Of a stretch of 64,000 nt of DNA, positions 49,840 through 59,908 are shown in pieces. Position numbers and translations under genes: made by a program. Position 1 is the first letter of the stretch, and each line of letters starts with the position of its first letter. Under the pieces are notes generated by a model, which saw only the letters and a program-made list of their open reading frames with translations, did no database searches and was not told the origin of the DNA. This DNA comes from Candidatus Kapaibacterium sp. (GTDB taxonomy: Bacteria; Bacteroidota; Ignavibacteria; Palsa-1295): positions 18,840 to 82,839 of the forward strand of contig JBBQGG010000001.1 of the NCBI GenBank assembly GCA_038322815.1. Reading direction: 5' to 3'.

Positions 49840-50598
49840 CTATTCCCATAATCCAAATTCCTTCGGGTAACGAATTTTCCAGAGGGTGAGTCCCTCCGCG
49901 GGAGCTAAATATTTTGCTCTGTTCTCTTCAGTTGGAATGTTGAGCAATTCTATGAATCGCTCTTCGCTTAACTTCCCCTTTCCGACTTCAATAAAAGCTC
50001 CGATAAGCGACCGTACCATTCCCCTCACAAAACGATTAGCCCTGATCGTAAAAATTATCTTATCCTCAAATTCTTCAAATTCGCACGTATCAACTATTGA
50101 GCGATAATGCTCAACATCATCAGAACGTTTGGAATACGAAGTGAAATCATGATTACCGATAACATGGAAAGCTGCTCTTTTCATAGACGTCATATCCAGA
50201 TCGTCCCAAACGAACCATGAGAAATTTCTATGCAACGCAGTACGTCGTTTGAATATGGTATATCTATATTCTCTATCCAATGCTGCATACCTTGCATGAA
50301 AATCATCCACTATTTCCCGAATATCACGAATTACAACATCACTTCCGGAATTGCCGTTAATTGCTTGAGTTAATTTATCTAAAGACATCGACGCAGATTC
50401 CGGAAGCGTAACATGCGCTACCATTCCATGTGCATGAACTCCTGCATCAGTTCTTCCTGAAGCATTGACCGGAACGTGCTCCTGGAAAATAATTTTAAGA
50501 GCTGACTCAATTTCCTGCTGCACCGTACGAACTCCCGGCTGGATTTGCCAGCCAGCAAAATCAGTGCCGTCGTATTCTATGAGAAGTGCGATCTTCAT
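49840..50598 (-). CDS. truA: tRNA pseudouridine(38-40) synthase
   Basis: MKIALLIEYDGTDFAGWQ.Q and GRTDAGVHA catalytic Asp motif. Confidence 0.92.
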   Translation of the reverse strand: MKIALLIEYDGTDFAGWQIQPGVRTVQQEIESALKIIFQEHVPVNASGRTDAGVHAHGMVAHVTLPESASMSLDKLTQAINGNSGSDVVIRDIREIVDDFHARYAALDREYRYTIFKRRTALHRNFSWFVWDDLDMTSMKRAAFHVIGNHDFTSYSKRSDDVEHYRSIVDTCEFEEFEDKIIFTIRANRFVRGMVRSLIGAFIEVGKGKLSEERFIELLNIPTEENRAKYLAPAEGLTLWKIRYPKEFGLWE

Positions 50599-50672
50599 TC
50601 AATTAAAAGCATGCCGTAACAGTTTTCCGAAATTTTCGTTAGTATACAAAATACTTTTATTAGAACAACATT

Positions 50673-52547
50673 ATGTGCGGAATAGTCGGTTATATCGGCG
50701 ATCGCGAAGCAACTCCGATCATCCTTGCAGGGCTAAAGCGTCTTGAATATCGCGGCTACGATTCAGCCGGAATCGCCCTTATCGAACACCACCAATCAAA
50801 CGGAAAAAGTTTAGCCTCCGGGAATTTAGCAACGCTTAATATAAAAAAATGTAAAGGAAAAGTCACACAACTCGAGGAGTTGATCCGCAACATCCCCTTG
50901 ACTGCGAAACTTGGCATAGGTCATACTCGTTGGGCTACGCATGGTGCACCGAGTGATATAAACAGCCATCCGCATACTGATCAAACCGGAAGAATCGCTA
51001 TTATTCATAACGGCATCGTCGAAAATTACTCTGCAATCAAAGAAACGCTAATCGGTCGTGGGCACACCTTTCAAAGTGAAACTGATACCGAAGTTCTGGC
51101 CCATCTGATCGGAGAATTTTATACAGATGGTCGTAACCTTACTGAAGCGGTTCGTTTAGCTCTCAGTGAGATCATTGGAGCCTATGGTGTCTGTGTTATT
51201 GCTAAAGATTCACCGGATGAAATCGTCTGTGCCAGAAAAGGATCCCCTATCGTCATTGGAGTCGGCGACCATGAAAATTTTATTGCTTCTGACGCAGCAG
51301 CCATTGTTTCCCATACTCGGAATGTGATTTATCTTTCCGATAATGAGATCGCAACAATAACTCGTGATAGTGTTAAAACTCGAACCATCGGTGATGTTGT
51401 CGTCACTAAAGATATCGAAGCGATCACGATAAAACTTGAAGAGATTGAAAAATCCGGCTATGAACATTTCATGCTGAAAGAAATCCACGAACAGCCTTCG
51501 ACCGTTCGGGATGCCATGCGAGGAAGAGTTATTGAAGATGAGGGTTCAATTGTCCTCGGCGGATTAAGAAATCATCTTAGTAATCTCCGGAATGCAAAAC
51601 GCATTCTCATCACAGCATGCGGAACAAGTTATCATGCTGCATTGATCGGAAAGTATATGCTTGAGCAACTTGCACAGGTTCCGGTCGATGTGGAATATGC
51701 AAGTGAATTCCGTTACCGCAATCCTGTTGTTACTGAAGGTGACGTGATGTTCGTCATCAGTCAATCGGGAGAAACAGCCGATACTCTTGCTGCGATGAGA
51801 GAAGCTAAACGTAAAGGCGCTCTGGCGCTCGGAATAGTAAATGTCGTAGGTTCAACGATAGCTCGTGAATCCGATGGTGGAGTTTATATCCATGCCGGTC
51901 CTGAGATCGGCGTAGCTTCAACAAAAGCTTTCACTTCACAAGTAACGGTATTCGCACTCCTTTCGATCATGCTTGGTAGAATGAAGAGCCTATCTGTGGT
52001 GGATGGAAAGGAATTTATCAGAGCATTATTAAAATTACCTGATCAGATCAAAACGATTCTTGAAAACTCAGAACCGATGATCCAGGAAATCGTTAATGAA
52101 TTTAAGGAAGCCGATCATTTTCTTTATCTTGGAAGAGGGTATAATTATCCCGTCGCTCTTGAAGGGGCACTGAAATTAAAAGAAATTTCTTATATTCATG
52201 CCGAAGGTTATCCTGCAGCAGAGATGAAACATGGCCCTATTGCTCTGATAGATAACGACATGCCCGTTGTTGTCATCGCTCCGCATGATGATGTCTATGA
52301 AAAAGTTCTTTCTAACATTCAGGAAGTCCGAGCAAGAGGTGGGAGGCTTATCATTATCGCAAGCGAGGGCGATAAGAGCGTAGATAAACTGGCTGAAAAA
52401 GTGATCTACATTCCGGAAACAATTTCAATGCTGCTTCCGATACTCTCAGTGATTCCGTTGCAGCTTCTCTCTTATTACATGGCAACTGCAAGGGGAGCTA
52501 ATGTCGATCAGCCAAGAAACTTGGCGAAATCTGTGACCGTAGAATAA
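50673..52547 (+). CDS. glmS: glutamine--fructose-6-phosphate aminotransferase (isomerising)
   Basis: MCGIVGY N-terminal nucleophile. Two SIS domains. C-terminal ...KSVTVE. Confidence 0.95.
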   Translation: MCGIVGYIGDREATPIILAGLKRLEYRGYDSAGIALIEHHQSNGKSLASGNLATLNIKKCKGKVTQLEELIRNIPLTAKLGIGHTRWATHGAPSDINSHPHTDQTGRIAIIHNGIVENYSAIKETLIGRGHTFQSETDTEVLAHLIGEFYTDGRNLTEAVRLALSEIIGAYGVCVIAKDSPDEIVCARKGSPIVIGVGDHENFIASDAAAIVSHTRNVIYLSDNEIATITRDSVKTRTIGDVVVTKDIEAITIKLEEIEKSGYEHFMLKEIHEQPSTVRDAMRGRVIEDEGSIVLGGLRNHLSNLRNAKRILITACGTSYHAALIGKYMLEQLAQVPVDVEYASEFRYRNPVVTEGDVMFVISQSGETADTLAAMREAKRKGALALGIVNVVGSTIARESDGGVYIHAGPEIGVASTKAFTSQVTVFALLSIMLGRMKSLSVVDGKEFIRALLKLPDQIKTILENSEPMIQEIVNEFKEADHFLYLGRGYNYPVALEGALKLKEISYIHAEGYPAAEMKHGPIALIDNDMPVVVIAPHDDVYEKVLSNIQEVRARGGRLIIIASEGDKSVDKLAEKVIYIPETISMLLPILSVIPLQLLSYYMATARGANVDQPRNLAKSVTVE

Positions 52548-52555
52548 ACGTAGAG

Positions 52556-52583
52556 CCGGGATTTAATTCATTAAATCCCGGCC
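52556..52583. terminator. bidirectional intrinsic terminator between convergent glmS and ppiD-like genes
   Basis: Near-perfect 13-bp palindrome GCCGGGATTTAAT-tc-ATTAAATCCCGGC. Confidence 0.6.
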
Positions 52584-52594
52584 CAGATAAAACA

Positions 52595-54754
52595 TTACAT
52601 TCGATGTGAGCGATAGTCAACAACCGTTGCTTTTTCCTTTAGCTCCTCCAGCCATTGACCGAAGAATCTCTGCTGTTTTTCCTGATTCAGCTTTTCAAAT
52701 TCCTTTGTTTTTTGAGCTTCATACTCTTTCTTATCAGCTGTTTTAATATCCAATACCTTGATAATATAATATCCGTTCTCTCCCTCGATCGGCTGGCTGA
52801 TCTCCCCCGCCTTCATTGTAAAGGCAGCATTATTGACTCCAAACTCCGGTCCTAATCCCGGTGCAGCTTCTGTAGGTCCGAAAGTAATTGTCGTCGGACG
52901 GTATGTTGAATCAATTGCACTGAGTTTTGAAAGACCGTCACCCGGTGCGAGCATTGCACGAACCTCTTTTGCTTTTGCGGCGAGAGCTTCAACTGATTTA
53001 CGTTTTGCAATTGTTATCTTTATCTGTTCTTTGATCATACTGTCAAGCGGCTTTACTCCTTTAGGAATAACTTCAGTAACCTGACCGACTACAGTAAGAT
53101 GCGCGATCGGAATTCGAACGGGCTGAGTAATATCGCCGGCAGAAAGCTCAAAAAGATAATTCACCCAAGGCATATATCCAAACATCGGAGATGCACCTTT
53201 CTTCATAACAGCCGGTCCGTCCGAAGTTACACGAAGATTCTGAGCCTGAGCGACTGGATCAAAGCCATCTTTTACAGCTTTCTCTCTGAAAATGCTTGCT
53301 TGTTGGGCAACCATTCTTGTGGTTTGTGAACTGGGTTTGATATCAACAGGTATAGTACCAACCTTAAGTTTCCTGTTCGAGCGTGCAATAACTTGAAAAA
53401 CATGATATCCGATCGTCGATTCAAGAGGTCCTTGCAATTCTCCAATAGGAGCTTTCATCACGGCTTCTTCGAAAGCAGGAACGTACATTTTCTGCCCCAT
53501 CCATCTCATATCTCCACCATTACGGGCTGCAGGATCTTGAGAATATTGCCGTGCAATTGCAGAAAAATCCGCACCGGCTTTAATATCATTATAGAGCTTT
53601 GTTGCAAGAGCTTTTGCACTATCTTTATTTTCCGGCCTTCCGAAACCGATCATAATGTTTTTTGCATGATAGAAACTTGCACCGGTATCCTGCACTTCAA
53701 AAACACGCATAACTCTGATCTGTCCCTGATTGACTCCCGTGACAACATCACCAACTTTTGAATTTAGTACTTCTTCACTATTATTATATGCACTGAACAT
53801 ATTCGGACTCATCATTACCGAAGGTTGATATCCTCCGTCACTATAGCCATGAGCAAGTTCATTGACAGTACTGTCGGAAGCGGTAAGAGGGATAGCCAGC
53901 CATTTTCTCTTTAGTCCTTCAATGCTTTCCATGAGTTTGACTGAATCCTTCGGAGTCGGAGCTTCGCGGAAAACGACGAATTTAATTTTCCTTGCTTCTT
54001 CTCGTTTATAGAGAAAAGGATGATCTTCATAGTATTTCTTAACTTCATCATCAGTAACTTTCGACATAAATTCACGCGGGATCTGAGTCGGTTTCAACTT
54101 TATGAGTTCAACTGTCGCCTTCGCATTTGAATTCTCATACCGCTCCCACATATCTGATCTGGAAGTCCGAAGCGCCACTTGTAAAATATTAGAGAGCTTC
54201 TGCTTTTTAAGTTCTTCGCGCATGGTCTTTGCTACATTTGATACTGTTGTATCATTGCGAGGATCACGGAGTGCCTGAAAGTATGCTGCTTCATCAAAAC
54301 GTCCGGTTGAATCCATGAAATTACGTTTCAGAAATTCAGGAGGATTATAGAAAAGAACGTCGCGCACTTCCTGATCACTAACAGTTACACCAAATTCATT
54401 GATCTTTTGATCGATCAACTTGGAGACAATAACCTGATCCCAAGCTTTTTCACGGAGTTCTGATTCTTCCGCATCACTGAGTGTAGTCTTCTTTGTTTCC
54501 TGGAGTTTCTGTTGGCGAAGCTGGCCGAAGACATCTTCATAATCTTTATTGGTGATCGAAGAGCCGTTTACTTTGCCTAATTCATCCGGTTTTCTTCCGC
54601 TCTTGAAAAAATCGCCTTGTGCGCCCCATTCAAAAATGATCATTAAAAGGAATGCGCCTGCGAGACCGGCAAATATTACCGTCATCTTCTCACGCATTTT
54701 ATTCATTACTGCCATATTTTGCCCTGTTTTCGCTATAAATTGAAAGATACCCAA
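52595..54754 (-). CDS. ppiD: periplasmic chaperone/peptidyl-prolyl cis-trans isomerase, PpiD/SurA-like
   Basis: N-terminal TM anchor. SurA_N-like region. Parvulin-like block (...GGDMRWMGQ...GYHVFQVI). Start may be the internal Met around 54706-54715. Confidence 0.75.
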   Translation of the reverse strand: MGIFQFIAKTGQNMAVMNKMREKMTVIFAGLAGAFLLMIIFEWGAQGDFFKSGRKPDELGKVNGSSITNKDYEDVFGQLRQQKLQETKKTTLSDAEESELREKAWDQVIVSKLIDQKINEFGVTVSDQEVRDVLFYNPPEFLKRNFMDSTGRFDEAAYFQALRDPRNDTTVSNVAKTMREELKKQKLSNILQVALRTSRSDMWERYENSNAKATVELIKLKPTQIPREFMSKVTDDEVKKYYEDHPFLYKREEARKIKFVVFREAPTPKDSVKLMESIEGLKRKWLAIPLTASDSTVNELAHGYSDGGYQPSVMMSPNMFSAYNNSEEVLNSKVGDVVTGVNQGQIRVMRVFEVQDTGASFYHAKNIMIGFGRPENKDSAKALATKLYNDIKAGADFSAIARQYSQDPAARNGGDMRWMGQKMYVPAFEEAVMKAPIGELQGPLESTIGYHVFQVIARSNRKLKVGTIPVDIKPSSQTTRMVAQQASIFREKAVKDGFDPVAQAQNLRVTSDGPAVMKKGASPMFGYMPWVNYLFELSAGDITQPVRIPIAHLTVVGQVTEVIPKGVKPLDSMIKEQIKITIAKRKSVEALAAKAKEVRAMLAPGDGLSKLSAIDSTYRPTTITFGPTEAAPGLGPEFGVNNAAFTMKAGEISQPIEGENGYYIIKVLDIKTADKKEYEAQKTKEFEKLNQEKQQRFFGQWLEELKEKATVVDYRSHRM

Positions 54755-54940
54755 CCCTATTATAAAAAGCTAAGTGAAATCGCTTAAAACCATAGAGAAG
54801 TTCCATTATTTGCCACCAAAAAGCTAAATCTGAGACATTGTGAATACATACCGCAGGCTGATTGCCTTAAGCGACTGGGAAAAGTATAAAGCAGTAAATA
54901 ATTTTGGGACCGAAAGTCAAAGATAAAAAGAACAGATACG

Positions 54941-55014
54941 ATAGATTTGCTCCTGAGGTAGGACTTGAACCTACGACCCTCTGATTAACAGTCAGATGCT
55001 CTAACCAACTGAGC
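54941..55014 (-). tRNA. tRNA-Asn (anticodon GUU)
   Basis: Reverse complement UCCUGAG-UA-GCUC-AGUUGGUUA-GAGC-A-UCUGA-CUGUUAA-UCAGA-GGGUC-GUAGG-UUCAAGU-CCUAC-CUCAGGA-G. CCA not encoded. Confidence 0.85.
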
Positions 55015-55285
55015 TACTCAGGAATATCTTTTGTTTAAGGCACAGGTAAACGCAAAGAAGGCAAGATGCGGTTCCGAAAAATAAAATGTTTGTCATTTTT
55101 TGTAGACTCAGGCTTCAACCTGCGAACTCGTTTCACGACGAATCTGCTCCGCAAACTAAAGCCTGCGCCTACCTGCACAAGAATAATAAGTAATCTTATT
55201 AAAAAACAATCAACGATTTTAGCAACCGACTCGTTTTAACTTCTCCAATTTTTAATTTTACATTTAATTTTTAATTAAAACGCAG

Positions 55286-57019
55286 TTGTTAGGCTATTTT
55301 ACATTCGTTCTTCATACTCATCTTCCGTATGTCCTCCATCATGGCAAGTGGCCCTTCGGCTCGGATTGGCTTTCCGAAGCGGTGAGCGAATGCTATATTC
55401 CGCTGCTTAATGCTATGAATGGTTTGCATGATCGCGGCGTGAAGTTCAAGATATCTATGGATTTCTCCCCTATTCTCTTAGAACAGCTTGCCGATCCTGC
55501 TTTTGCCGAGACCTTCATTTCTTATTGCGATGAGAAAATAAAACTTGCCGAATCCGATCATAAATATTTTTCAAAAAATAACGAAAAACATTTTCAACCT
55601 CTTGCAAAATTCTGGGAAGATTTTTATAGGGATGCTAAAAATAGTTTTGAAAATGTTTATCATTGCGATCTGATAGGCGGTTTCAAAAAACTATCTGATG
55701 CTGGTGTTCTCGATGCGATGACGTGCGGCGCAACACATGGATATTTTCCGCTTCTCTTAGACGATCGGAATATCCGTGCTCAGATCCAACTTGCGATCGC
55801 CACACATAAAAAATATTTCAGTAAAGATCCACGCGGCATTTGGCTTCCGGAATGCGCATATCGCCCGAGGTATTTTTGGTCACCAGAATCGGGCGATAGG
55901 ACACTCGAAAAATTCTGCAAAGAGCGTGCCGGAATTGAAGAGCTTGTTTCGGAATTTGGCTTAGAATATTTCGTTGTCGAAGGTTCTTTAACAAAAGGCG
56001 GTATGGCAATGCCAACCTATCACCGTCTTATGGACGCCGCGCGTAAGAAGCATATTTATACTGAAGAGTGGCAAAAGTATCTTCTTGCCACAGCCGAACA
56101 TGCTAACCGTTCGCTTGCTGATATTTACCAGGTTCAATCGACAACTCGTGAACTTCCCGGAGCAACGCCTGTCGTCTTCTCCCGCGATAGAAAGACTTCC
56201 GAACAGGTATGGTCAGGCGATATCGGATATCCGGGCGATGGGAATTATTTAGATTTTTCAAAAAAGCATCATAATTCCGGGCTTCGCTATTGGAAAGTTA
56301 CCGGACATCATATCGATATTGGATTAAAAGAACAATATGATCCGAAAGCTCGCGAAGTAAATCTATCAAGGCAAGCATCGCATTTTGTGGCTCTTGTCAA
56401 GCAGACCTTAACCGAACATATCATTCAAACCGGAAAATCAGGAGTCGTTTGCTCGCCATTTGATACGGAGCTTTTCGGTCATTGGTGGTTCGAAGGTCCG
56501 GGATTTTTAGAAAAAGTTTTAGAAAAACTATCTAATGATCCTGATATCAAACTTTCCAATTGCGCCGAAATATTAGATCGCATCCCTAATCGTGAGACCA
56601 TTGCCCTTCCCGAAGGTTCATGGGGCGAAGGCGGCGGGCATTATGTTTGGCTTAACCAGAAGGTCTCCTGGACATGGGATAAGATTTATTCTCAGGAAAA
56701 AGAATTTCTTGAAGCGATAAAAAATTATCATCAGAAGAAAAAGCCTGCAAAATTTTTAACGAAGATACTTCGTCAGGCTGCACGAGAGCTATTACTGCTC
56801 GAAGCAAGCGATTGGCAATTTCTGATAACTACTGAAGGAGCTGCCGATTATGCGACGACAAGATTCAACGAACATTCAGAAAGACTTTCGCAGTTGCTTG
56901 ATATTGCAGATAGACTTTTCGATGGCAAAGAAGAGGGAAAAAAAGATAAAGAGTATTTAAAAACTGCTTCCAAAGATGATAAGCCTTTTACAGAAATAGA
57001 TTTGAGCTGGTGGGCTTAA
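55286..57019 (+). CDS. glycoside hydrolase family 57 protein (alpha-glucan branching/amylase-type)
   Basis: FVLHTHLPYV GH57 N-terminal signature. Length 577 aa. Confidence 0.85.
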   Translation: MLGYFTFVLHTHLPYVLHHGKWPFGSDWLSEAVSECYIPLLNAMNGLHDRGVKFKISMDFSPILLEQLADPAFAETFISYCDEKIKLAESDHKYFSKNNEKHFQPLAKFWEDFYRDAKNSFENVYHCDLIGGFKKLSDAGVLDAMTCGATHGYFPLLLDDRNIRAQIQLAIATHKKYFSKDPRGIWLPECAYRPRYFWSPESGDRTLEKFCKERAGIEELVSEFGLEYFVVEGSLTKGGMAMPTYHRLMDAARKKHIYTEEWQKYLLATAEHANRSLADIYQVQSTTRELPGATPVVFSRDRKTSEQVWSGDIGYPGDGNYLDFSKKHHNSGLRYWKVTGHHIDIGLKEQYDPKAREVNLSRQASHFVALVKQTLTEHIIQTGKSGVVCSPFDTELFGHWWFEGPGFLEKVLEKLSNDPDIKLSNCAEILDRIPNRETIALPEGSWGEGGGHYVWLNQKVSWTWDKIYSQEKEFLEAIKNYHQKKKPAKFLTKILRQAARELLLLEASDWQFLITTEGAADYATTRFNEHSERLSQLLDIADRLFDGKEEGKKDKEYLKTASKDDKPFTEIDLSWWA

Positions 57020-57132
57020 AATTTATTTCATCGCTAAGTTGTACTTCACCATTAACGGGTTTATTCGCTGGGTTCAGAATGACACGATAAGCACTTAAGG
57101 AACTTGTTTTTCATCGGTTTACTTTATTATAT

Positions 57133-57723
57133 ATGCGATATCTTCTGTTATTTTTCGGTCTTCTGATAATTGGCTCCGGCTGTTCTCCTACGCCATCGGA
57201 TTCTTCTACGGCTAATACTGCCGACTCTCTACAATTCCAGAAAAACATCTCGACGCTTTATGGCAACGGCGGCAAGAACGTCAAAGATAGTACCGGGCTC
57301 GTTGTCGCATCGAATATTATCTGGAAAGATTCTTTGGGCATTACTCACTCCCTCAATGACCTAAAGGGTAAGATCGTTTTGCTTAATTTTTGGGCTATAT
57401 GGTGTGGTCCATGCGAAGCAGAAATGCCCGATCTTAATTCGATCGCTCAATCTTCAGGTTCCGATATCATCGTCATCGGTATTACTGCAGTCGATCCAAA
57501 TACTTCTTTATTTGAAAGGGCAAAACTATTTGCCGAATCCCGTGGATTAAAATATCAGATAATAACTGATCAAGCCTCAAAAGCTTACATCAATTATAAT
57601 GGCGAAGGAAATGTGTCAATACCACGATCATTTGCTGTTGATCGTGACGGTTATATAGTCCATACATTCTTTGGTCTACAAACAAAAAAACAGTTTATGG
57701 ATATTCTTAATCAAATACCATAA
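57133..57723 (+). CDS. TlpA/ResA-like thiol-disulfide oxidoreductase (thioredoxin fold) lipoprotein
   Basis: Lipobox LIIGSGCS. WCGPC active site within LLNFWAIWCGPCEAEMP. Confidence 0.8.
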   Translation: MRYLLLFFGLLIIGSGCSPTPSDSSTANTADSLQFQKNISTLYGNGGKNVKDSTGLVVASNIIWKDSLGITHSLNDLKGKIVLLNFWAIWCGPCEAEMPDLNSIAQSSGSDIIVIGITAVDPNTSLFERAKLFAESRGLKYQIITDQASKAYINYNGEGNVSIPRSFAVDRDGYIVHTFFGLQTKKQFMDILNQIP

Positions 57724-57758
57724 ACTATTGTTTTGCAGTAACTTGTAGGGTCTTAATC

Positions 57759-59681
57759 TTAGACTTTATCTAAAAATTCCTCTACCTTCGATCTCACTTC
57801 ATGTGGAGTGAATGGTAGGCCTTCCACTTTATTAATACCGATCGCATCAATAAGATATACATCACGGATAATGCGGCGAAGCTGACCAAGATTGAGTTCA
57901 GGAATAATAACTTTTTCATAGTTCTTCAAGATATCACCAAGATCCGGAGGAAGTGGGTTAAGCCATCTTAGATGTGCCATCGAAACTCCTCTATCGGCAA
58001 GCTGCTCCTGAGCACTAAGAACAGCACCGTAGGTACCGCCCCAACTTAGCAGTAGAATCTTTCCGCTCTTTGCTCCATGCAACTCTGTTGGAGCAACATC
58101 TTTCTGAATACCCGTCACTTTTTCCTGTCGGAGGCGAACCATGAAATCATGGTTATGTGGCTCGTAATTTACATTGCCGGTATTATGCTGTTTTTCCAAA
58201 CCGCCGATACGATGCTCTAAACCTTCGACTCCCGGAATTGCCCAGGGACGTGCATTATCTTCATCACGTTCGTATGGCAAGAAATCTTTGCCTTCTGTAG
58301 CTTTCAATCGCTGTTTCGATTTGATTTCGGGCATTTTATCGACATCGGGAATAAGCCAAGGCTCTGCACCATTTGCGATATATCCATCGGAAAGCATTAT
58401 CACCGGCACCATATATTTCAATGCGATCTGCGTTGCTTCAAATGCCGTATTAAAGCAATCTACGGGGCTTTTGGCAGCGATCACAGCAACGGGACTTTCG
58501 CCGTTTCTGCCATATAAGGCTTGCATTAAGTCTGCCTGTTCAGTCTTTGTCGGAAGACCTGTCGATGGTCCGCCGCGTTGAACGTCAACGACGATAAGCG
58601 GAAGCTCTGTCATGACTGCAAGTCCTAATGCTTCAGCTTTTAATGCCAAGCCGGGACCGGAAGTTGTCGTAATTCCGATTGCACCGGCATACGAAGCGCC
58701 GATAGCAGAACAAATTCCGGCAATCTCATCTTCAGCCTGAAACGTCTTGACTCCGAAATTTTTATACTTCGATAGTTCATGTAAAATATCGGATGCAGGA
58801 GTAATAGGATATGATCCAAGAAAAAGATCAAGCCCTGATTTCACTGATGCTGCAACAAAACCAAGAGCTGTTGCTTCGTTACCCATCACGTTACGGTATT
58901 TACCTGGTTTGAATTGTGCAGGCTTTACTTCATACCGAGCTGAAAATAATTCTGCTGTTTCACCGAGATAATATCCGGCTTTCAACGCTCGTAAATTTGC
59001 CTCGTAAACTTGTTCGTTCTTTCCGAACTTTGCTTTTAACCATTCGAAAGTTGGTTCGAGAGGACGGTTATAGAGCCAATAGACTAATCCCAGAGCCACC
59101 ATATTCTTCGATCTGGCGCCTTCTTTCGAACCCATCTTTAGATATTTTACTGCATCGAGGGTAATTCTCGTCAGCGGAAATTTGTAAACCGTAAAACCCG
59201 AGAGCGTATCATCATCAAGAGGATTGACATCGTAATGAGCAAGCTTCAAATTCTTTTCATCGAAGGCATTTTCATTTAAGATAATTACGGCTCCGGGCTT
59301 GAGATCATGCAAATTGACTTTCAAAGCAGCGGGATTCATGGCAACAAGGACGTCAGGATTATCGCCGGGCGTATGAATTTCCTTAGAAGAAAAATGGATC
59401 TGGAATCCCGAGACTCCATAAAGGGTACCGATAGGGGCACGAATTTCAGCAGGATAATCAGGAAGCGTAGAAAGATCGTTGCCGACAAGTGCCGTCGTAT
59501 TAGTGAACTGCGTTCCGGTAAGTTGCATACCATCTCCGGAATCTCCGGCAAAACGGATCGTAACATCTTCCTTGATCTCAATAGGTACTTTCGGGCGCTG
59601 CCCGATAGATTCCGGCGCTGCATGACCATTTGTGCCATTCGTCGCCGTTGCAATTCCCGCTACTTCCGCTTCATTTGCCAT
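57759..59681 (-). CDS. korA: 2-oxoglutarate/2-oxoacid:ferredoxin oxidoreductase alpha subunit (gamma-alpha fusion)
   Basis: N-terminal gamma-like domain (IRFAGDSGDGMQLTG) followed by a TPP-enzyme alpha domain. Length 640 aa. No korB adjacent. Confidence 0.85.
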   Translation of the reverse strand: MANEAEVAGIATATNGTNGHAAPESIGQRPKVPIEIKEDVTIRFAGDSGDGMQLTGTQFTNTTALVGNDLSTLPDYPAEIRAPIGTLYGVSGFQIHFSSKEIHTPGDNPDVLVAMNPAALKVNLHDLKPGAVIILNENAFDEKNLKLAHYDVNPLDDDTLSGFTVYKFPLTRITLDAVKYLKMGSKEGARSKNMVALGLVYWLYNRPLEPTFEWLKAKFGKNEQVYEANLRALKAGYYLGETAELFSARYEVKPAQFKPGKYRNVMGNEATALGFVAASVKSGLDLFLGSYPITPASDILHELSKYKNFGVKTFQAEDEIAGICSAIGASYAGAIGITTTSGPGLALKAEALGLAVMTELPLIVVDVQRGGPSTGLPTKTEQADLMQALYGRNGESPVAVIAAKSPVDCFNTAFEATQIALKYMVPVIMLSDGYIANGAEPWLIPDVDKMPEIKSKQRLKATEGKDFLPYERDEDNARPWAIPGVEGLEHRIGGLEKQHNTGNVNYEPHNHDFMVRLRQEKVTGIQKDVAPTELHGAKSGKILLLSWGGTYGAVLSAQEQLADRGVSMAHLRWLNPLPPDLGDILKNYEKVIIPELNLGQLRRIIRDVYLIDAIGINKVEGLPFTPHEVRSKVEEFLDKV

Positions 59682-59908
59682 GATATAATCTTCCTAATAG
59701 TAGGACAGGCGCTGCTGCCTGTCAATAATTAATATAATTCTTTCGCTATATTGATAGCAAGATGTAAACAGCAAAATAAAGTAAGGGGTTCGAATATTCT
59801 ATAGCAGTCATTGTGAGGAGGACTTCAGTCCGACGAAGCAATTCACTTTAGGCGAGGAAGAAGCCACAACCATTTGATGGGCTCAAAAAAAGAGAGGGAG
59901 TATTCTTC

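Noticed and set aside
55060-55180. GC-rich stretch near tRNA-Asn as a possible integration scar
   Set aside because: It lies 5' of the tRNA rather than at its 3' end. There is no duplicated tRNA 3' segment and no mobile-element genes nearby.
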